DNA of 64,000 nt from an uncultured virus (IMG/VR IMGVR_UViG_3300050029_000262) (Duplodnaviria > Heunggongvirae > Uroviricota > Caudoviricetes). The notes under the pieces are model-generated. The model worked only from the letters and a program-made list of their open reading frames with translations. It was not told the DNA's origin and did no database searches. Every line of letters starts with the position of its first letter. Position 1 is the first letter of the stretch. Location of the stretch: IMG/VR virus record IMGVR_UViG_3300050029_000262; one strand, 5' to 3'. Positions 11,101-19,502 of the stretch are shown in pieces. Both the position numbers and the translations under genes were made by a program.

Positions 11101-11205
11101 TTGGCGCAGCGGGCGCGGTTCTGCCAGGACAACTCCTGGCACCAGCGCATGGTCGCGACGTTCAAGGCCCTCAAGAAACTGCCCGCCCCGGAGGTAACCC
11201 GATGA
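8116..11205 (+). CDS. Multi-domain glycosyltransferase (N-terminal GT2, degenerate GT2-like modules, C-terminal GT-B/GT4-like domain)
   Basis: SFIIPVYNGEAFLAEAI..VDDGSTD..NRGVSAARNTG..YLDCDD (GT-A); VGGFDE; C-terminal DFCDDW, DVGIVPF..VDPVKYYDYVAAG (GT-B). Confidence 0.85.
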   Translation: MSEPTAPVGIIVRSGKVQMVTTPAYVTRAAVSSITTSTRLCFLTPRPGPPPQVTRLPGPALPPPAASFIIPVYNGEAFLAEAIASCFSQTVPDVEVVAVDDGSTDGSAALLLKLQAQYGPRLVVVQQANRGVSAARNTGIRASTGPVVLYLDCDDLAPPERVALSLSLLETGADIIYGQEEEFIEGQDGPRKRTAGIRQIDRGNAVQGCGFRTGTVAARRSLHLERGVWLDETMAGAEDYELSLAALASGATLKCSPDVLLWRRNRPDSLRARCDWGPLRNYAVLKHADFLARYTSAPVPVSAEQAEEVRRLRTAAATMKPEAVETVMPQTTPAEFIIGTAEQIADRLQTSLAADLVLVTPAAATDAWPNDRTDFARLLSCLADPSVGAAAPLFRESVNSDQKASVRAEGYLRTRQPLAGCLALRRWVLEAVGGFDETWGEAWPLFLCEALLRHHYRLLIDRGLLIEGKATVPKRAVAAFQKSTGCKLADLPACYPDPLFTAVVTVPDGSPEAYTKRTLEALLAAAPAEDLEVVLVGATGFPVSGERVIPVLAPALACDGYNRGVRRGLGKYVLLLKSGDTLDAAYLAAVMRQLETAEVAVHAVTGAGRHYGQHLAGVATRRSVFMRHGLWLTDGRDEGELGEQLTVAARRAGLSVVVSEHGPAVQTGRRIILRGFPKTATVRWDKTPLVFISTCSLTVTGGGQRPAQMARAAAADGHPVIFFNDNHQLEWAADNLLACNQEALLLLAEDLRDRAGTAIYGLPDLAAWVHPFGDRWRGVFDFCDDWEEFAKVGHLPAFDLNQYRQVLLEAPLVVCSAQRLVDIAEAHGSKNAILVRNGGPDRPLTVEQYPRPEDFLDGDLKVCFIGSTWGKWLDWSALGRLAKDLQRRGGVINIIGGNYSGQMPTYANVRWHGELSYHRAMAFAVHSDVGIVPFCNEKICASVDPVKYYDYVAAGCRVVATEVLTEMKGRDYCRLAPAEELAAAVVRSAEEPRLTLAQRARFCQDNSWHQRMVATFKALKKLPAPEVTR

Positions 11206-12092
11206 GTTGGCACCCGGACGCCCCGAACCCGTGTGTGCCGGAGCGCTGGCAGGCGGAGTGCCGCCGCTACGTCTGTTACCCCTTCTCTAACAAGTGCCGT
11301 AGCGGCTGCCCCTACTGCTTCGCCGGCGCTACCGTCACGGGCTGGCCGCGGGACTGGACCTACGGGCAGGCCCTGGCCGCCTGGCAGAACGTCCTGGACA
11401 CGCATAGCCCCTGCTCCCTGTCACTGGGCGGCGCGGAGCCGCTGGACGAGTTGCCCTTCGTCGGTGAACTGCTGCGGTTGCACCCGGCCGTCGCCCAAAC
11501 CAATCTGATGTTTGATGAAGAGGAACTCTACCGCCTGGTCAACCCGGAGCGGTTGCTGCTGCACCCCTCCTTCCACCCGCACCTCTGGGGCCCGTTGCCG
11601 CAGGCGGAGGCCTTCTTCGGCAAGTTGAAGCGGTTGCAGCAGCACGGCTACGAGGTGGTGCTGACGGCACTGATTGGCTGGCCACCATACTTGCCCTACT
11701 GGGACGAATGGACGGCCCGGCTCCGGGACATGGGCATTTGGGCGAACTGCGTGCCCGCCCGGCTGACGCAGTACCAAGGTCGCGTCCTGCCGGATGAGTA
11801 CACGGAGGAGGAGTTGGCGGTGCTGGCGCGGCACTGCGGCGCCGCCATCTACACCCCGGACGCGCAACTCCAACCGTTGCGGATTAAGGCCTGCGCGGCG
11901 GGTCACGCCACGGTCTGCGTCATGCCCAACGGCGACGTAACGCGCTGTGGCGAGTACCCGCTGGACATGGACGGCCGGAACCTCTACCGCGACGGCAACC
12001 TGACCTTCACGGACGGCCCGGAGCCGTGCGTCCAGAAGGCGTGCGGCTGCGGCAACCTATACCCCTACCACCTCACGGAGGAAATGCCATGA
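11202..12092 (+). CDS. Radical SAM protein with SPASM/twitch-like C-terminus
   Basis: CRSGCPYC (CxxxCxxC), GGAEP, C-terminal CAAG..VMPNGDVTRC..C..CGC; ATGA overlap with the GT gene. Confidence 0.8.
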   Translation: MSWHPDAPNPCVPERWQAECRRYVCYPFSNKCRSGCPYCFAGATVTGWPRDWTYGQALAAWQNVLDTHSPCSLSLGGAEPLDELPFVGELLRLHPAVAQTNLMFDEEELYRLVNPERLLLHPSFHPHLWGPLPQAEAFFGKLKRLQQHGYEVVLTALIGWPPYLPYWDEWTARLRDMGIWANCVPARLTQYQGRVLPDEYTEEELAVLARHCGAAIYTPDAQLQPLRIKACAAGHATVCVMPNGDVTRCGEYPLDMDGRNLYRDGNLTFTDGPEPCVQKACGCGNLYPYHLTEEMP

Positions 12093-12769
12093 CCCCGCTG
12101 ACGTTGGCGCAGGCGCAAGACCTGGTGGCGTGTTACGCGCCCAGACCCTACTACGCTGAGACCTACTACGCTGAGACCTACCGCGGCTACGAGGCTTCCT
12201 ACTTGCCGGAGGTCGCGGCACGGGTGCTGGCCCTGCCGCCGGGCCGCGTCATTGACGTAGGGCCGGGCTGGGGCACCATGGCGGTGCTGCTGGCCTCGCA
12301 TGGCTGGGCGGTCAGCGTGGTGGACTTCCTGCCGCTGGGGACATTCATCACGCCGTCGCTGCTGGACGAGACCGGCATCCAGTACCACCAGTGCGCCGTC
12401 GAGACGGATGACGTCCTGCCGCCGTTGCCGCCGGCGGATCTGCTGCTGATGACGATGGTCTTCGGGCACCTGCGCTACCGCCCGGATAATGCCATCCGGC
12501 GGGTGTCGCCGTGGCTGGCGCATGACGGTCTGTTCGTCTGTGCGAACATCGACACGGCCCGCTGTCCGCCCGTGGCGCACGCCTACCCGGACTGGCACGA
12601 CATGCCGGTGCCCGGCGACGGCGCGGCCACGGTGGATGACCTGGTGACATGCATGTTGGAGCAGGATGACTATGCCGAGTTGCTGGAGGACTGCTTCGAT
12701 GACGTGACGGTGGTGCCGTCAGTAGGGCAGGCCATGCTGCACGGCGTCTGTTGCCATCCGCGGCGGTGA
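12089..12769 (+). CDS. Class I SAM-dependent methyltransferase
   Basis: VIDVGPGWG motif I; ATGA coupling; 15-nt tandem duplication (YYAET x2) at 12147-12181. Confidence 0.8.
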   Translation: MTPLTLAQAQDLVACYAPRPYYAETYYAETYRGYEASYLPEVAARVLALPPGRVIDVGPGWGTMAVLLASHGWAVSVVDFLPLGTFITPSLLDETGIQYHQCAVETDDVLPPLPPADLLLMTMVFGHLRYRPDNAIRRVSPWLAHDGLFVCANIDTARCPPVAHAYPDWHDMPVPGDGAATVDDLVTCMLEQDDYAELLEDCFDDVTVVPSVGQAMLHGVCCHPRR

Positions 12770-12781
12770 AAGAAGTTGCTC

Positions 12782-12810
12782 TTGCGGTGGCGCGGGAGGC
12801 GTCTTACAAT
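12782..12810 (+). promoter_or_regulatory. Putative sigma70 promoter
   Basis: TTGCGG-N17-TACAAT, intergenic. Confidence 0.5.
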
Positions 12811-12857
12811 GATGGGTGAAATAGGAGAAACCACGACACGAACAGGCGGCCCGGACC

Positions 12858-13340
12858 ATGACTTTCGGAAACGCACTTACTGCCCTGCCCTACCTGCTGT
12901 CACTCATCATCTTGACCTGGGGCACGGTCAAGTACGTTTGGTTCAAGACGCAGAAGCAGACCATCGACTTGCTGATCGAGCAGAACATTACTCTGCGGGC
13001 GGGCAACGCTGATTTGTTGGCGCACAATACGGCCCTGCAAGCACAGAACATCTGCGACAACCAGACGCGTGATCTTCGTATCGGAAAACTGGAGGGGCAG
13101 GTGGAAGTTCTGAGCACCGTCCCTCTGGAGAGGATTGCGCGAGACACGGAGAGCAACGTCGCGGTCAACAGAGAGAATGCCGCTGTCAACAAGGCGATCT
13201 TCGAAACACTGCAAGAGATACTGAGGCAATCGCAGCGGGTAGAGGCGGCACTGGGCCTGAGCGATGCGGCCACCGAGGCCAGCCGCCAGGGTGTCGCCGA
13301 CAGACTTTTGGAGCATGACCATGTTGCGCCGCCGGCCTGA
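12858..13340 (+). CDS. Membrane-anchored coiled-coil protein (holin/lysis-accessory-like)
   Basis: One N-terminal hydrophobic helix followed by a heptad-like region. Confidence 0.5.
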   Translation: MTFGNALTALPYLLSLIILTWGTVKYVWFKTQKQTIDLLIEQNITLRAGNADLLAHNTALQAQNICDNQTRDLRIGKLEGQVEVLSTVPLERIARDTESNVAVNRENAAVNKAIFETLQEILRQSQRVEAALGLSDAATEASRQGVADRLLEHDHVAPPA

Positions 13341-13462
13341 GGCGAACCGCCGACTGCTGACCATGCTGCGCCGTCGTCTGCCTGGGCCTTACTACCCTGC
13401 TGGCGGCACTCATTATGTCATCTGCGTACTGGGGTCGTTAATCCGAAGTGGAGGTCGCCGAG

Positions 13463-13624
13463 ATGAACCTACTCGTATTGTTGCTGATTCTGTTGCTGGT
13501 CTTCGGCGGGGGCGGCTACGCGCTGCACCTGTCCAGCGAGATGATCGTCATCATCCTGGTGGTGGTGCTGCTGTTCGGCGGGGGCGGCTACTGGTGGGGG
13601 CCTTGGCGGAATAGAGGAGCGTAG
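13463..13624 (+). CDS. 53-aa two-TM membrane protein with a duplicated FGGGGY motif (absent from the ORF track)
   Basis: GGAGG RBS; MNLLVLLLILLLVFGGGGYALHLSSEMIVIILVVVLLFGGGGYWWGPWRNRGA*. Confidence 0.75.
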   Translation: MNLLVLLLILLLVFGGGGYALHLSSEMIVIILVVVLLFGGGGYWWGPWRNRGA

Positions 13625-13627
13625 CCC

Positions 13628-13831
13628 ATGCCGTCCCTCCAACCGGCCATCAACCTGCTACGCCACCGCGCCGAGGAACTCCGCGCCGAGATCGAGGACC
13701 GCAATGCCCACCCGCTCTGTAGCACCGTGACGCAGCAGGCCAAGCGCCGGGAGGAAGAGGCAGCTTGTCTCGCGGCGGCTCTGCTACTCGTAGCGGCGGA
13801 GGACCAGGAACTGCACGACTTAGGCCTCTGA
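13628..13831 (+). CDS. Hypothetical protein
   Basis: GAGGAG RBS; ends just before a terminator-like hairpin. Confidence 0.55.
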   Translation: MPSLQPAINLLRHRAEELRAEIEDRNAHPLCSTVTQQAKRREEEAACLAAALLLVAAEDQELHDLGL

Positions 13832-13852
13832 CGACAATCTGACCAGCGTACC

Positions 13853-13886
13853 ACGCCACGACACGCCAGACCCGTCGTGGCGTTTT
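13853..13886 (+). terminator. Rho-independent terminator ending the structural block
   Basis: ACGCCACGAC-loop-GTCGTGGCGT followed by TTT. Confidence 0.6.
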
Positions 13887-13962
13887 CGTGCGTGCCCGGC
13901 GGCTTTGGCGGAGAGTGGGCTAAACGGCCTGCCGGTGGGCCTAAAATAGTTATAGACTTTTC

Positions 13963-13982
13963 CTATAGTTACGCCCTATAAT
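13963..13982 (+). promoter_or_regulatory. Promoter motif CTATAG-N7-YTATAAT (copy 1; early promoter)
   Basis: CTATAG TTACGCC CTATAAT in an AT-rich island; same spacing at 22680 and 50088. Confidence 0.7.
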
Positions 13983-14384
13983 AATAGTACGGCGGGGGCA
14001 GGGGCGGGGGCGGGCCGGAGCGACCTTGACAAACAGGAGGAGGAAGGGGACAGTTTCGGCCCCGCGGCTTTTAGCGGCGAGGTTCGATTATCCCAGGACG
14101 CGCCGGGGCGGTTTCCGCCCTTAACGTCCGCCCCTCATATCGGTTGGAACCGCGGGAGCGCAAAAATCCCTCACGCGGCATCCTATCTCGGCCTGACTAA
14201 GGCCGACCGCTACAGACGGGCCGCGCCGCCTCCCACCCCTGGGAGGGGGCACGGACAGGAGTGGAGACACGGGGCGATGATTGCCCCGGCGCAGGTCTCG
14301 CCTCCCCCCGGCCGAGGGCGGCAAACGAGGTAGTCCAACCGGGTTCCCGATGTTTGCGGAACGAAACCGGGCCGGTGCGAGCGG

Positions 14385-14452
14385 CCCGAAGTATCAGCAT
14401 ACCTGAGCTGGCTGACGAGACCGGGTTAGGGTCCGGTCGAAACTTGAAAGGG
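14385..14452 (+). ncRNA. Type III hammerhead ribozyme
   Basis: AAGU-A(cleavage after 14393)-stem I UCAGC/GCUGG-CUGACGA-stem II GACCGG/CCGGUC-GAAACUU; loop I ACCU can pair with loop II GGGU. Confidence 0.85.
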
Positions 14453-14460
14453 TGAATGAA

Positions 14461-15033
14461 ATGACAACGACACAGACCACAGAGGCAATTACCATCCGAC
14501 GCGGCAGCGGCTACGGCGCTCGCGCCTATAAGGTCGGAGGCATCGTAGTAACCCGCAAACCCGGCCACGCGCAGCAGATACTCGTCGTGGTCTCGGCGAC
14601 TGAGAAATACTTCCGCGAGGACGGCCTGAGTTTTGGCGTCGGCGATGACCGCGGCTACATTTATAGTGCCAAGTGCCGCCAGGCCAATGCCGAGGAAATC
14701 GCGCAGGTTGTCGCCGCCGACCACGCCTCTGCGGTTGCCGAATGGGCGAAGCGGGAGCGAGAGGCGATTGCCTCCGAGATCATGGCCGCAGGCGAGTATC
14801 CTGCTGACGGCAACGACGCCGTTGAGGGCGAACGCCTCTGCGACGCGCAGAACATCTATGGCAGCGGAGATTGGTTCGTGATTGGCGCTGAATGGACGTG
14901 GTATATCCGCAACAATGGGATGGACGGCGACAACTGGTCGGCCAACAACGTGCAGACCTGTGGGGCCGGGGCACGCGGCTGGCGCGTGCCGACGACTGAG
15001 AAACTGACGGCGCGGCTGCAGAAACTCGGCTGA
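14461..15033 (+). CDS. Early hypothetical protein
   Basis: GAAAGGGTGAATGAAATG start motif immediately after the ribozyme. Confidence 0.7.
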   Translation: MTTTQTTEAITIRRGSGYGARAYKVGGIVVTRKPGHAQQILVVVSATEKYFREDGLSFGVGDDRGYIYSAKCRQANAEEIAQVVAADHASAVAEWAKREREAIASEIMAAGEYPADGNDAVEGERLCDAQNIYGSGDWFVIGAEWTWYIRNNGMDGDNWSANNVQTCGAGARGWRVPTTEKLTARLQKLG

Positions 15034-15121
15034 TGGTTCACCAAGGAGGCCCGGCCCGGCGCCGGACCTCTCTGTGAACCCTCCTCTTTAGAGGACGGGA
15101 CGAAACGAAAGGGTGACTGAA

Positions 15122-15586
15122 ATGATGATGACCACGGACGTGAAGGAATTGACTTTGACGGCGGCGGCGGACGCAATCCGGCAGGCGCTGGGTGCGCTGG
15201 CGACGGGTTCGGTGCCGCCCAATTATGACGACGAGATGGGCATCGGTCGGGATGCCGAAGATGGCGAGGCGGCGGCGGAGCGCCGGGCGCGTCTGGGCAT
15301 CACGCACTTCGGTGACGCGGAGGAGGCGGGCATCAGGATGCGGCGCCCGGACCTCTACCCGGAGTTGCAGCCCAAAGAGAACTTCGAAGTCATGTGCGAG
15401 GGGCTGTACGGCGAGGCCCGAGCCGCCGATGCCGCCAAGCAGCCGGCCCTCGCCGAGACCCTGCGGAAACTGGTCTTCATCCTGAAAGACCTGCGCCAGT
15501 GCGGAGCCGACGCAGCCGCCCACGGCGATGACCGCGTCCGCAACATCACCCGGGACAGCTTCAGCCTGCTGAAGAACCTGGGGTAG
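15122..15586 (+). CDS. Early hypothetical protein
   Basis: GAAAGGGTGACTGAAATG start motif. Confidence 0.65.
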   Translation: MMMTTDVKELTLTAAADAIRQALGALATGSVPPNYDDEMGIGRDAEDGEAAAERRARLGITHFGDAEEAGIRMRRPDLYPELQPKENFEVMCEGLYGEARAADAAKQPALAETLRKLVFILKDLRQCGADAAAHGDDRVRNITRDSFSLLKNLG

Positions 15587-15624
15587 ACAGACACCGACGA
15601 ACACGAAAGGGTGAGTGAGTGACC

Positions 15625-16281
15625 ATGACCTATGAAGAGGTCGTCGCAAAGATGATGCTGCAGATCGAGCAAACGGTGGGCGAGAGCTATGCGGAGTTGG
15701 ATCGCAAGGCCAAGGCACTGGAAAAGTTGGAGGGTCACTACATTGGGAACCGCCGCGACAACGTGACAGGCCACAACGGGTACATCATCGCCGACATGGA
15801 CGCCGAGGGAGACACCCTTCTCGCCCTCGCCGACGCACTGCCCGATCCGCCGGGGAAGTACGGTCCAGTGATCCTGGCTAACCACCTGCAGGCCAGCCTA
15901 CTCCGCACCGCCGTCGAGCGCACCGTCCGCGACCTGAGCGTCGAGATCGAGGCCCTGGGCGGGGAGTGCAGCCTCAACCTCGCCAGCCTTCCTCCGAAGG
16001 CCAAAATCGAAAGGGTGAATGAAATGACACGCAAGCAGTTTATCGAGAAGTTGGACGCGGCGGACGTGCATTACGACAAGGTGGTGGCCAAGGCTGACAA
16101 GCAGACCTTTGAGGTCAAGGCGGGCTACTTCTACCACAACAACAACGCGGATGCCCGCCGCCACGCTGCCTTGGTGGCGTTGTTCCCGACCGCGACCATC
16201 ACGGTGCGGGATGACTTCCGCCCCTGGCCGCGGGACAGCTACATGGTCTGCGAGGTCTGCTTCCCGGCGGAGGCGAACTGA
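15625..16281 (+). CDS. Early hypothetical protein; probably two genes in frame (second start at 16024)
   Basis: Start motif at 15605 and an identical internal GAAAGGGTGAATGAAATG at 16009-16026. Confidence 0.6.
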   Translation: MTYEEVVAKMMLQIEQTVGESYAELDRKAKALEKLEGHYIGNRRDNVTGHNGYIIADMDAEGDTLLALADALPDPPGKYGPVILANHLQASLLRTAVERTVRDLSVEIEALGGECSLNLASLPPKAKIERVNEMTRKQFIEKLDAADVHYDKVVAKADKQTFEVKAGYFYHNNNADARRHAALVALFPTATITVRDDFRPWPRDSYMVCEVCFPAEAN

Positions 16282-16619
16282 TGAAGCAGGAAATCACCTA
16301 CCAGAGTGTCGGCCCCGGTGGCGTGCTGACGGCGCGCCGCCGCACCTTCACGGCCACCTCGGTGTGGCAGATGGAGCAGCGGGTGTCCGCCTTCATCGCG
16401 AGCAACGCGGCGGTCATTGCCGGTGTCCAGATGGAGCCGATTGAGGAACGCCCGTTGAAACTGCGGACGGACCGGAAGGCAGCCAAACGGTTCCGCGACA
16501 AGCCGGACGCCGACCTGGTGCGCTGCGCCGGTTGCGGCCGGGACGTGGAGCCGGAGGGGCGCGTGGGGCGGCAGGGCATGTACTCCGTCTGCCCCGGCTG
16601 CGGGGTGGAGTTGGAATGA
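16281..16619 (+). CDS. Hypothetical protein with C-terminal zinc ribbon
   Basis: CAGC...CPGC; TGATG coupling. Confidence 0.6.
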   Translation: MKQEITYQSVGPGGVLTARRRTFTATSVWQMEQRVSAFIASNAAVIAGVQMEPIEERPLKLRTDRKAAKRFRDKPDADLVRCAGCGRDVEPEGRVGRQGMYSVCPGCGVELE

Positions 16620-16867
16620 TGAAGGTCTACCTCTCCCGCTACCTGTCCACCGACCGGGCGGTGCTGGCCGCCCTTGACGGCCTCGCCCCCGAACAGAAAT
16701 GCGAGTACCTGAGGGCGCACGAGGCCTCCGATTGGGATACGGTCTACCGCTTGCTCGCGCCGTACTGGCACACGCACTGCGCTCTCAACAAAACGACAAT
16801 CCACTGGGACCTGGCGGAGGCCATCCGTTGCGGCTGGGCCGCACGGCCATTGAAAGGGGCAAACTGA
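16616..16867 (+). CDS. Hypothetical protein
   Basis: ATGA coupling; MMKVYLSRYLST... Confidence 0.55.
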   Translation: MMKVYLSRYLSTDRAVLAALDGLAPEQKCEYLRAHEASDWDTVYRLLAPYWHTHCALNKTTIHWDLAEAIRCGWAARPLKGAN

Positions 16868-16869
16868 CC

Positions 16870-17247
16870 ATGTCCAAGGCTATCATCACGGGCAAGTCGC
16901 GCTGGACCCCGCCGAACTGCTTCACCCTCCAGACCTTCTGGCGGGTCGAGGAAACAGACCCGCCCACCGGGCGCGGCTTTCACGGCCCGCACAATGTGCG
17001 CTGGCCGGAGGACGTGCGCGGCTGGCGTGAGTACGAGTTCACCGGCCCCTGGGCGGGCATGACGGGCACCGTCACTTACGAGCAGGTGCCGAACGGCTAC
17101 CTCTATATCTTTCGCCCGGATTCCGGGCAGACTAAACCGGACGCGGCTCCGGCTGACCCTTCCACTGCTGAACAAACCGTCCCGACCGTAGCGACGAGCG
17201 GCGAAGCGGAGATGACGGAAACCAAACGAAACGAGACAAGGAAATGA
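16870..17247 (+). CDS. Hypothetical protein
   Basis: MSKAIITGKSRW... after a GAAAGGGG RBS. Confidence 0.5.
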   Translation: MSKAIITGKSRWTPPNCFTLQTFWRVEETDPPTGRGFHGPHNVRWPEDVRGWREYEFTGPWAGMTGTVTYEQVPNGYLYIFRPDSGQTKPDAAPADPSTAEQTVPTVATSGEAEMTETKRNETRK

Positions 17248-17633
17248 AGATCGTTAGCCGATGGGATGCGAACAAAGTGCTGTGGGAGGGCGAGTGCGAC
17301 AACATTCGCGAGGAGTTGATAGCTGCGGTAGCATCAAAAGCGGACCTGGGCTATGCGAACCTGCGCTATGCGAACCTAGGCTCTGTCAGAAATCCCCCGA
17401 TGCAATCCCACGCTTTCTGGGCCGAACTTCTCCGCCGTGCCGCCGGCGACAATCTGCACCGCCGCATGGTTGCGGGACTCGTCGCGGTCTCAACTGATTG
17501 GTGTTGGCCTCGGATGATCGCGTTAATGACCGGGGAACTCGCGCAGGACTGGCAGGAGTGGGCGGGGGCGGTCTTCTGGGCGTGGCCTGAACAGTGCCGT
17601 GAGATCGGCCTTCCGGAGATCGCGACAAAGTAG
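17244..17633 (+). CDS. Short pentapeptide-repeat-containing protein
   Basis: ADLGY-ANLRY-ANLGS repeats; N-terminus paralogous to 50161; flanked by 16-bp direct repeats. Confidence 0.7.
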   Translation: MKIVSRWDANKVLWEGECDNIREELIAAVASKADLGYANLRYANLGSVRNPPMQSHAFWAELLRRAAGDNLHRRMVAGLVAVSTDWCWPRMIALMTGELAQDWQEWAGAVFWAWPEQCREIGLPEIATK

Positions 17634-17686
17634 CGGCGAAGCGGAGAGGGCGGCAATACAAGCGAAGGCGGCGGAGGGTGACTGAC

Positions 17687-18280
17687 ATGGACAATGATGA
17701 CAATACGAAGGCGGTTGCTCCGCTGACGCAGCGGCAGGCGATTGAGGATGAGCGCCGCGGCGGCTTCAACAAGGCCCTGCTCAAGGCCGCGGACAGCGGC
17801 AACCTCTGGGACCTGATGGACGCCTATGCGAAGGCCGACCAGTACAACCAGGCCCGGCTGGACCGGGTGTTCCCGGACGGCCTGGCGATCTGCCGCAAGT
17901 TGTACAACGACTGGCCGAACCCGCGCCAGTGGACACTGGCTCTGCTGCAACTCTTCCCGTGCCTGGCGGACCTGGACGGCCCGGCGCGCTATGACGGCGG
18001 GCAGACGGTCGCCACGCAGGTAGCGCCGGGCGTGATCGAGTTGACGCGGGCGGCGGATGCGGCGGATGATGACGACCTGCCCTGCCTCATGGACATGACC
18101 CACGAGGACCGCAGCCGCGAACTGGTGCGGCGCGGCTGGACGCTGAAATTCAACGCCTCGGGTGACCCCTGGAGTTGGGTTCACCCGGCCCTCCCGGTGC
18201 AGTTTGAGGACCTGGTGGGAAACTGGGCATTGACGACGATCTCAGCCCTGGTCTATGACCGGGAGGCGCGCGGAGAGTAG
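17687..18280 (+). CDS. Hypothetical protein
   Basis: GGAGGGTGACTGACATG start motif. Confidence 0.6.
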   Translation: MDNDDNTKAVAPLTQRQAIEDERRGGFNKALLKAADSGNLWDLMDAYAKADQYNQARLDRVFPDGLAICRKLYNDWPNPRQWTLALLQLFPCLADLDGPARYDGGQTVATQVAPGVIELTRAADAADDDDLPCLMDMTHEDRSRELVRRGWTLKFNASGDPWSWVHPALPVQFEDLVGNWALTTISALVYDREARGE

Positions 18281-18368
18281 TAGTGACGGACGGCGGCGGA
18301 GGCCGGACGAATGGCGCGTATGCGCTCCGCCCGGCCCCGCCTGTTTCGGAAAGGGTGGCGAAGACATC

Positions 18369-19502
18369 ATGGCCAGCGGAATACTCAGGAACGATTTTCT
18401 CTTTGTGACGGGCGAGGCACCCTGGCACAAAACAAACTACGCGCAGGTGGAGGAGGCCCCGACCGCGGCGGAGGCCATGTGCCTCGCGCAGTTGACCTGG
18501 GGCGTAGACAAGGTGCCCCTCTTCTACGCCTGGGAGAACGCCTTGGGCACGGTGGAGGGTGGTTTTGAGCGCATCCAGGGGCGCTACGGCATCCTGCGCG
18601 ATGATCTGACCGGCGCGGATGCCTTCCTGGGCGTGGTGGGGGAGCGGTATACGCCCATCCAGAACGTCGAGTGCTTCGCCTTCCTCGACGCCGTGGCGGG
18701 TGCTGGGACGGAAGTGGTGACCTACGAAACGGCGGGCAGCCTGTGGGGCGGCAAGCGTGTCTGGATGCTGGCCCGCGTGCCCCGCGACATCCGGGTGGCC
18801 GGCACCGACGACATTAGCAAGGTCTACATCCTGCTGACCTCCGCCCATGACGGCTCCGCCGGAGTGACGGCGGCAGTGACCCCGGTGCGCGTGGTCTGCA
18901 ACAACACGCTGACCGCGGCCCTGGCGGGCGCGCAGCGGACCTGGAACGTGCTGCACACGTCAGGCGCGCAGCACCGCATCGAGGACGCGCAGAATGCCCT
19001 GGGCCTGACGCTGGCCTACGCGGACGAGTTTGAGGCGGCGGCCAACGCCCTCGCCAGCCGCCCGCTGCTGGCGGCCGAGATGGAGAAGTTGACCGCGCAC
19101 CTCTTCCCGGAAAACGCCGAGGACGGGGAACTGTCCGGGCGCGCGAAGAAGGCCCGGCTGTCTGTGGCGTGGGCCTTCGATGAGTTGGAAAGTTGCAACC
19201 TGCCCGGCATCCGGGGCAGCCGCTGGGCAGGCTGGCAAGCCGTCACCGCATGGGCCGATCACGCCCAGGGCACAAACGTGCAGGACCCGTCCGGCACTCT
19301 GACGGACAGCCAGAAGGATCTGCGCCGGGCGGAGAACAAGGTGATGAGCGTCTGGGAGGGCACGTCCGCCTACCTGAAGTCGAAGGCGTTCAAGTTGCTG
19401 TGTGAGACAACCATGCCGGAGCCGGAACCCGTAAAGGGGTTCACGAGGTCATCAACCATGCCGAGCGTTACGTTGATGGCCGGGTACACACCAACTGCAT
19501 AG
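18369..19502 (+). CDS. DUF932/DUF945-family phage protein (3' end replaced by an inserted fragment)
   Basis: APWH, YETAGSLWGGKRVWMLA, LLTSAHDGS, TPVRVVCNNTL, HT motifs. Confidence 0.85.
   Translation: MASGILRNDFLFVTGEAPWHKTNYAQVEEAPTAAEAMCLAQLTWGVDKVPLFYAWENALGTVEGGFERIQGRYGILRDDLTGADAFLGVVGERYTPIQNVECFAFLDAVAGAGTEVVTYETAGSLWGGKRVWMLARVPRDIRVAGTDDISKVYILLTSAHDGSAGVTAAVTPVRVVCNNTLTAALAGAQRTWNVLHTSGAQHRIEDAQNALGLTLAYADEFEAAANALASRPLLAAEMEKLTAHLFPENAEDGELSGRAKKARLSVAWAFDELESCNLPGIRGSRWAGWQAVTAWADHAQGTNVQDPSGTLTDSQKDLRRAENKVMSVWEGTSAYLKSKAFKLLCETTMPEPEPVKGFTRSSTMPSVTLMAGYTPTA

Noticed and set aside
14056..14120. tRNA-like GGTTCGA sequence
   Set aside because: No cloverleaf, acceptor stem or anticodon arm could be built
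17150..17220. HDV-like ribozyme suggested by GGCGAAG
   Set aside because: Could not assemble the nested double pseudoknot; better explained as a direct repeat
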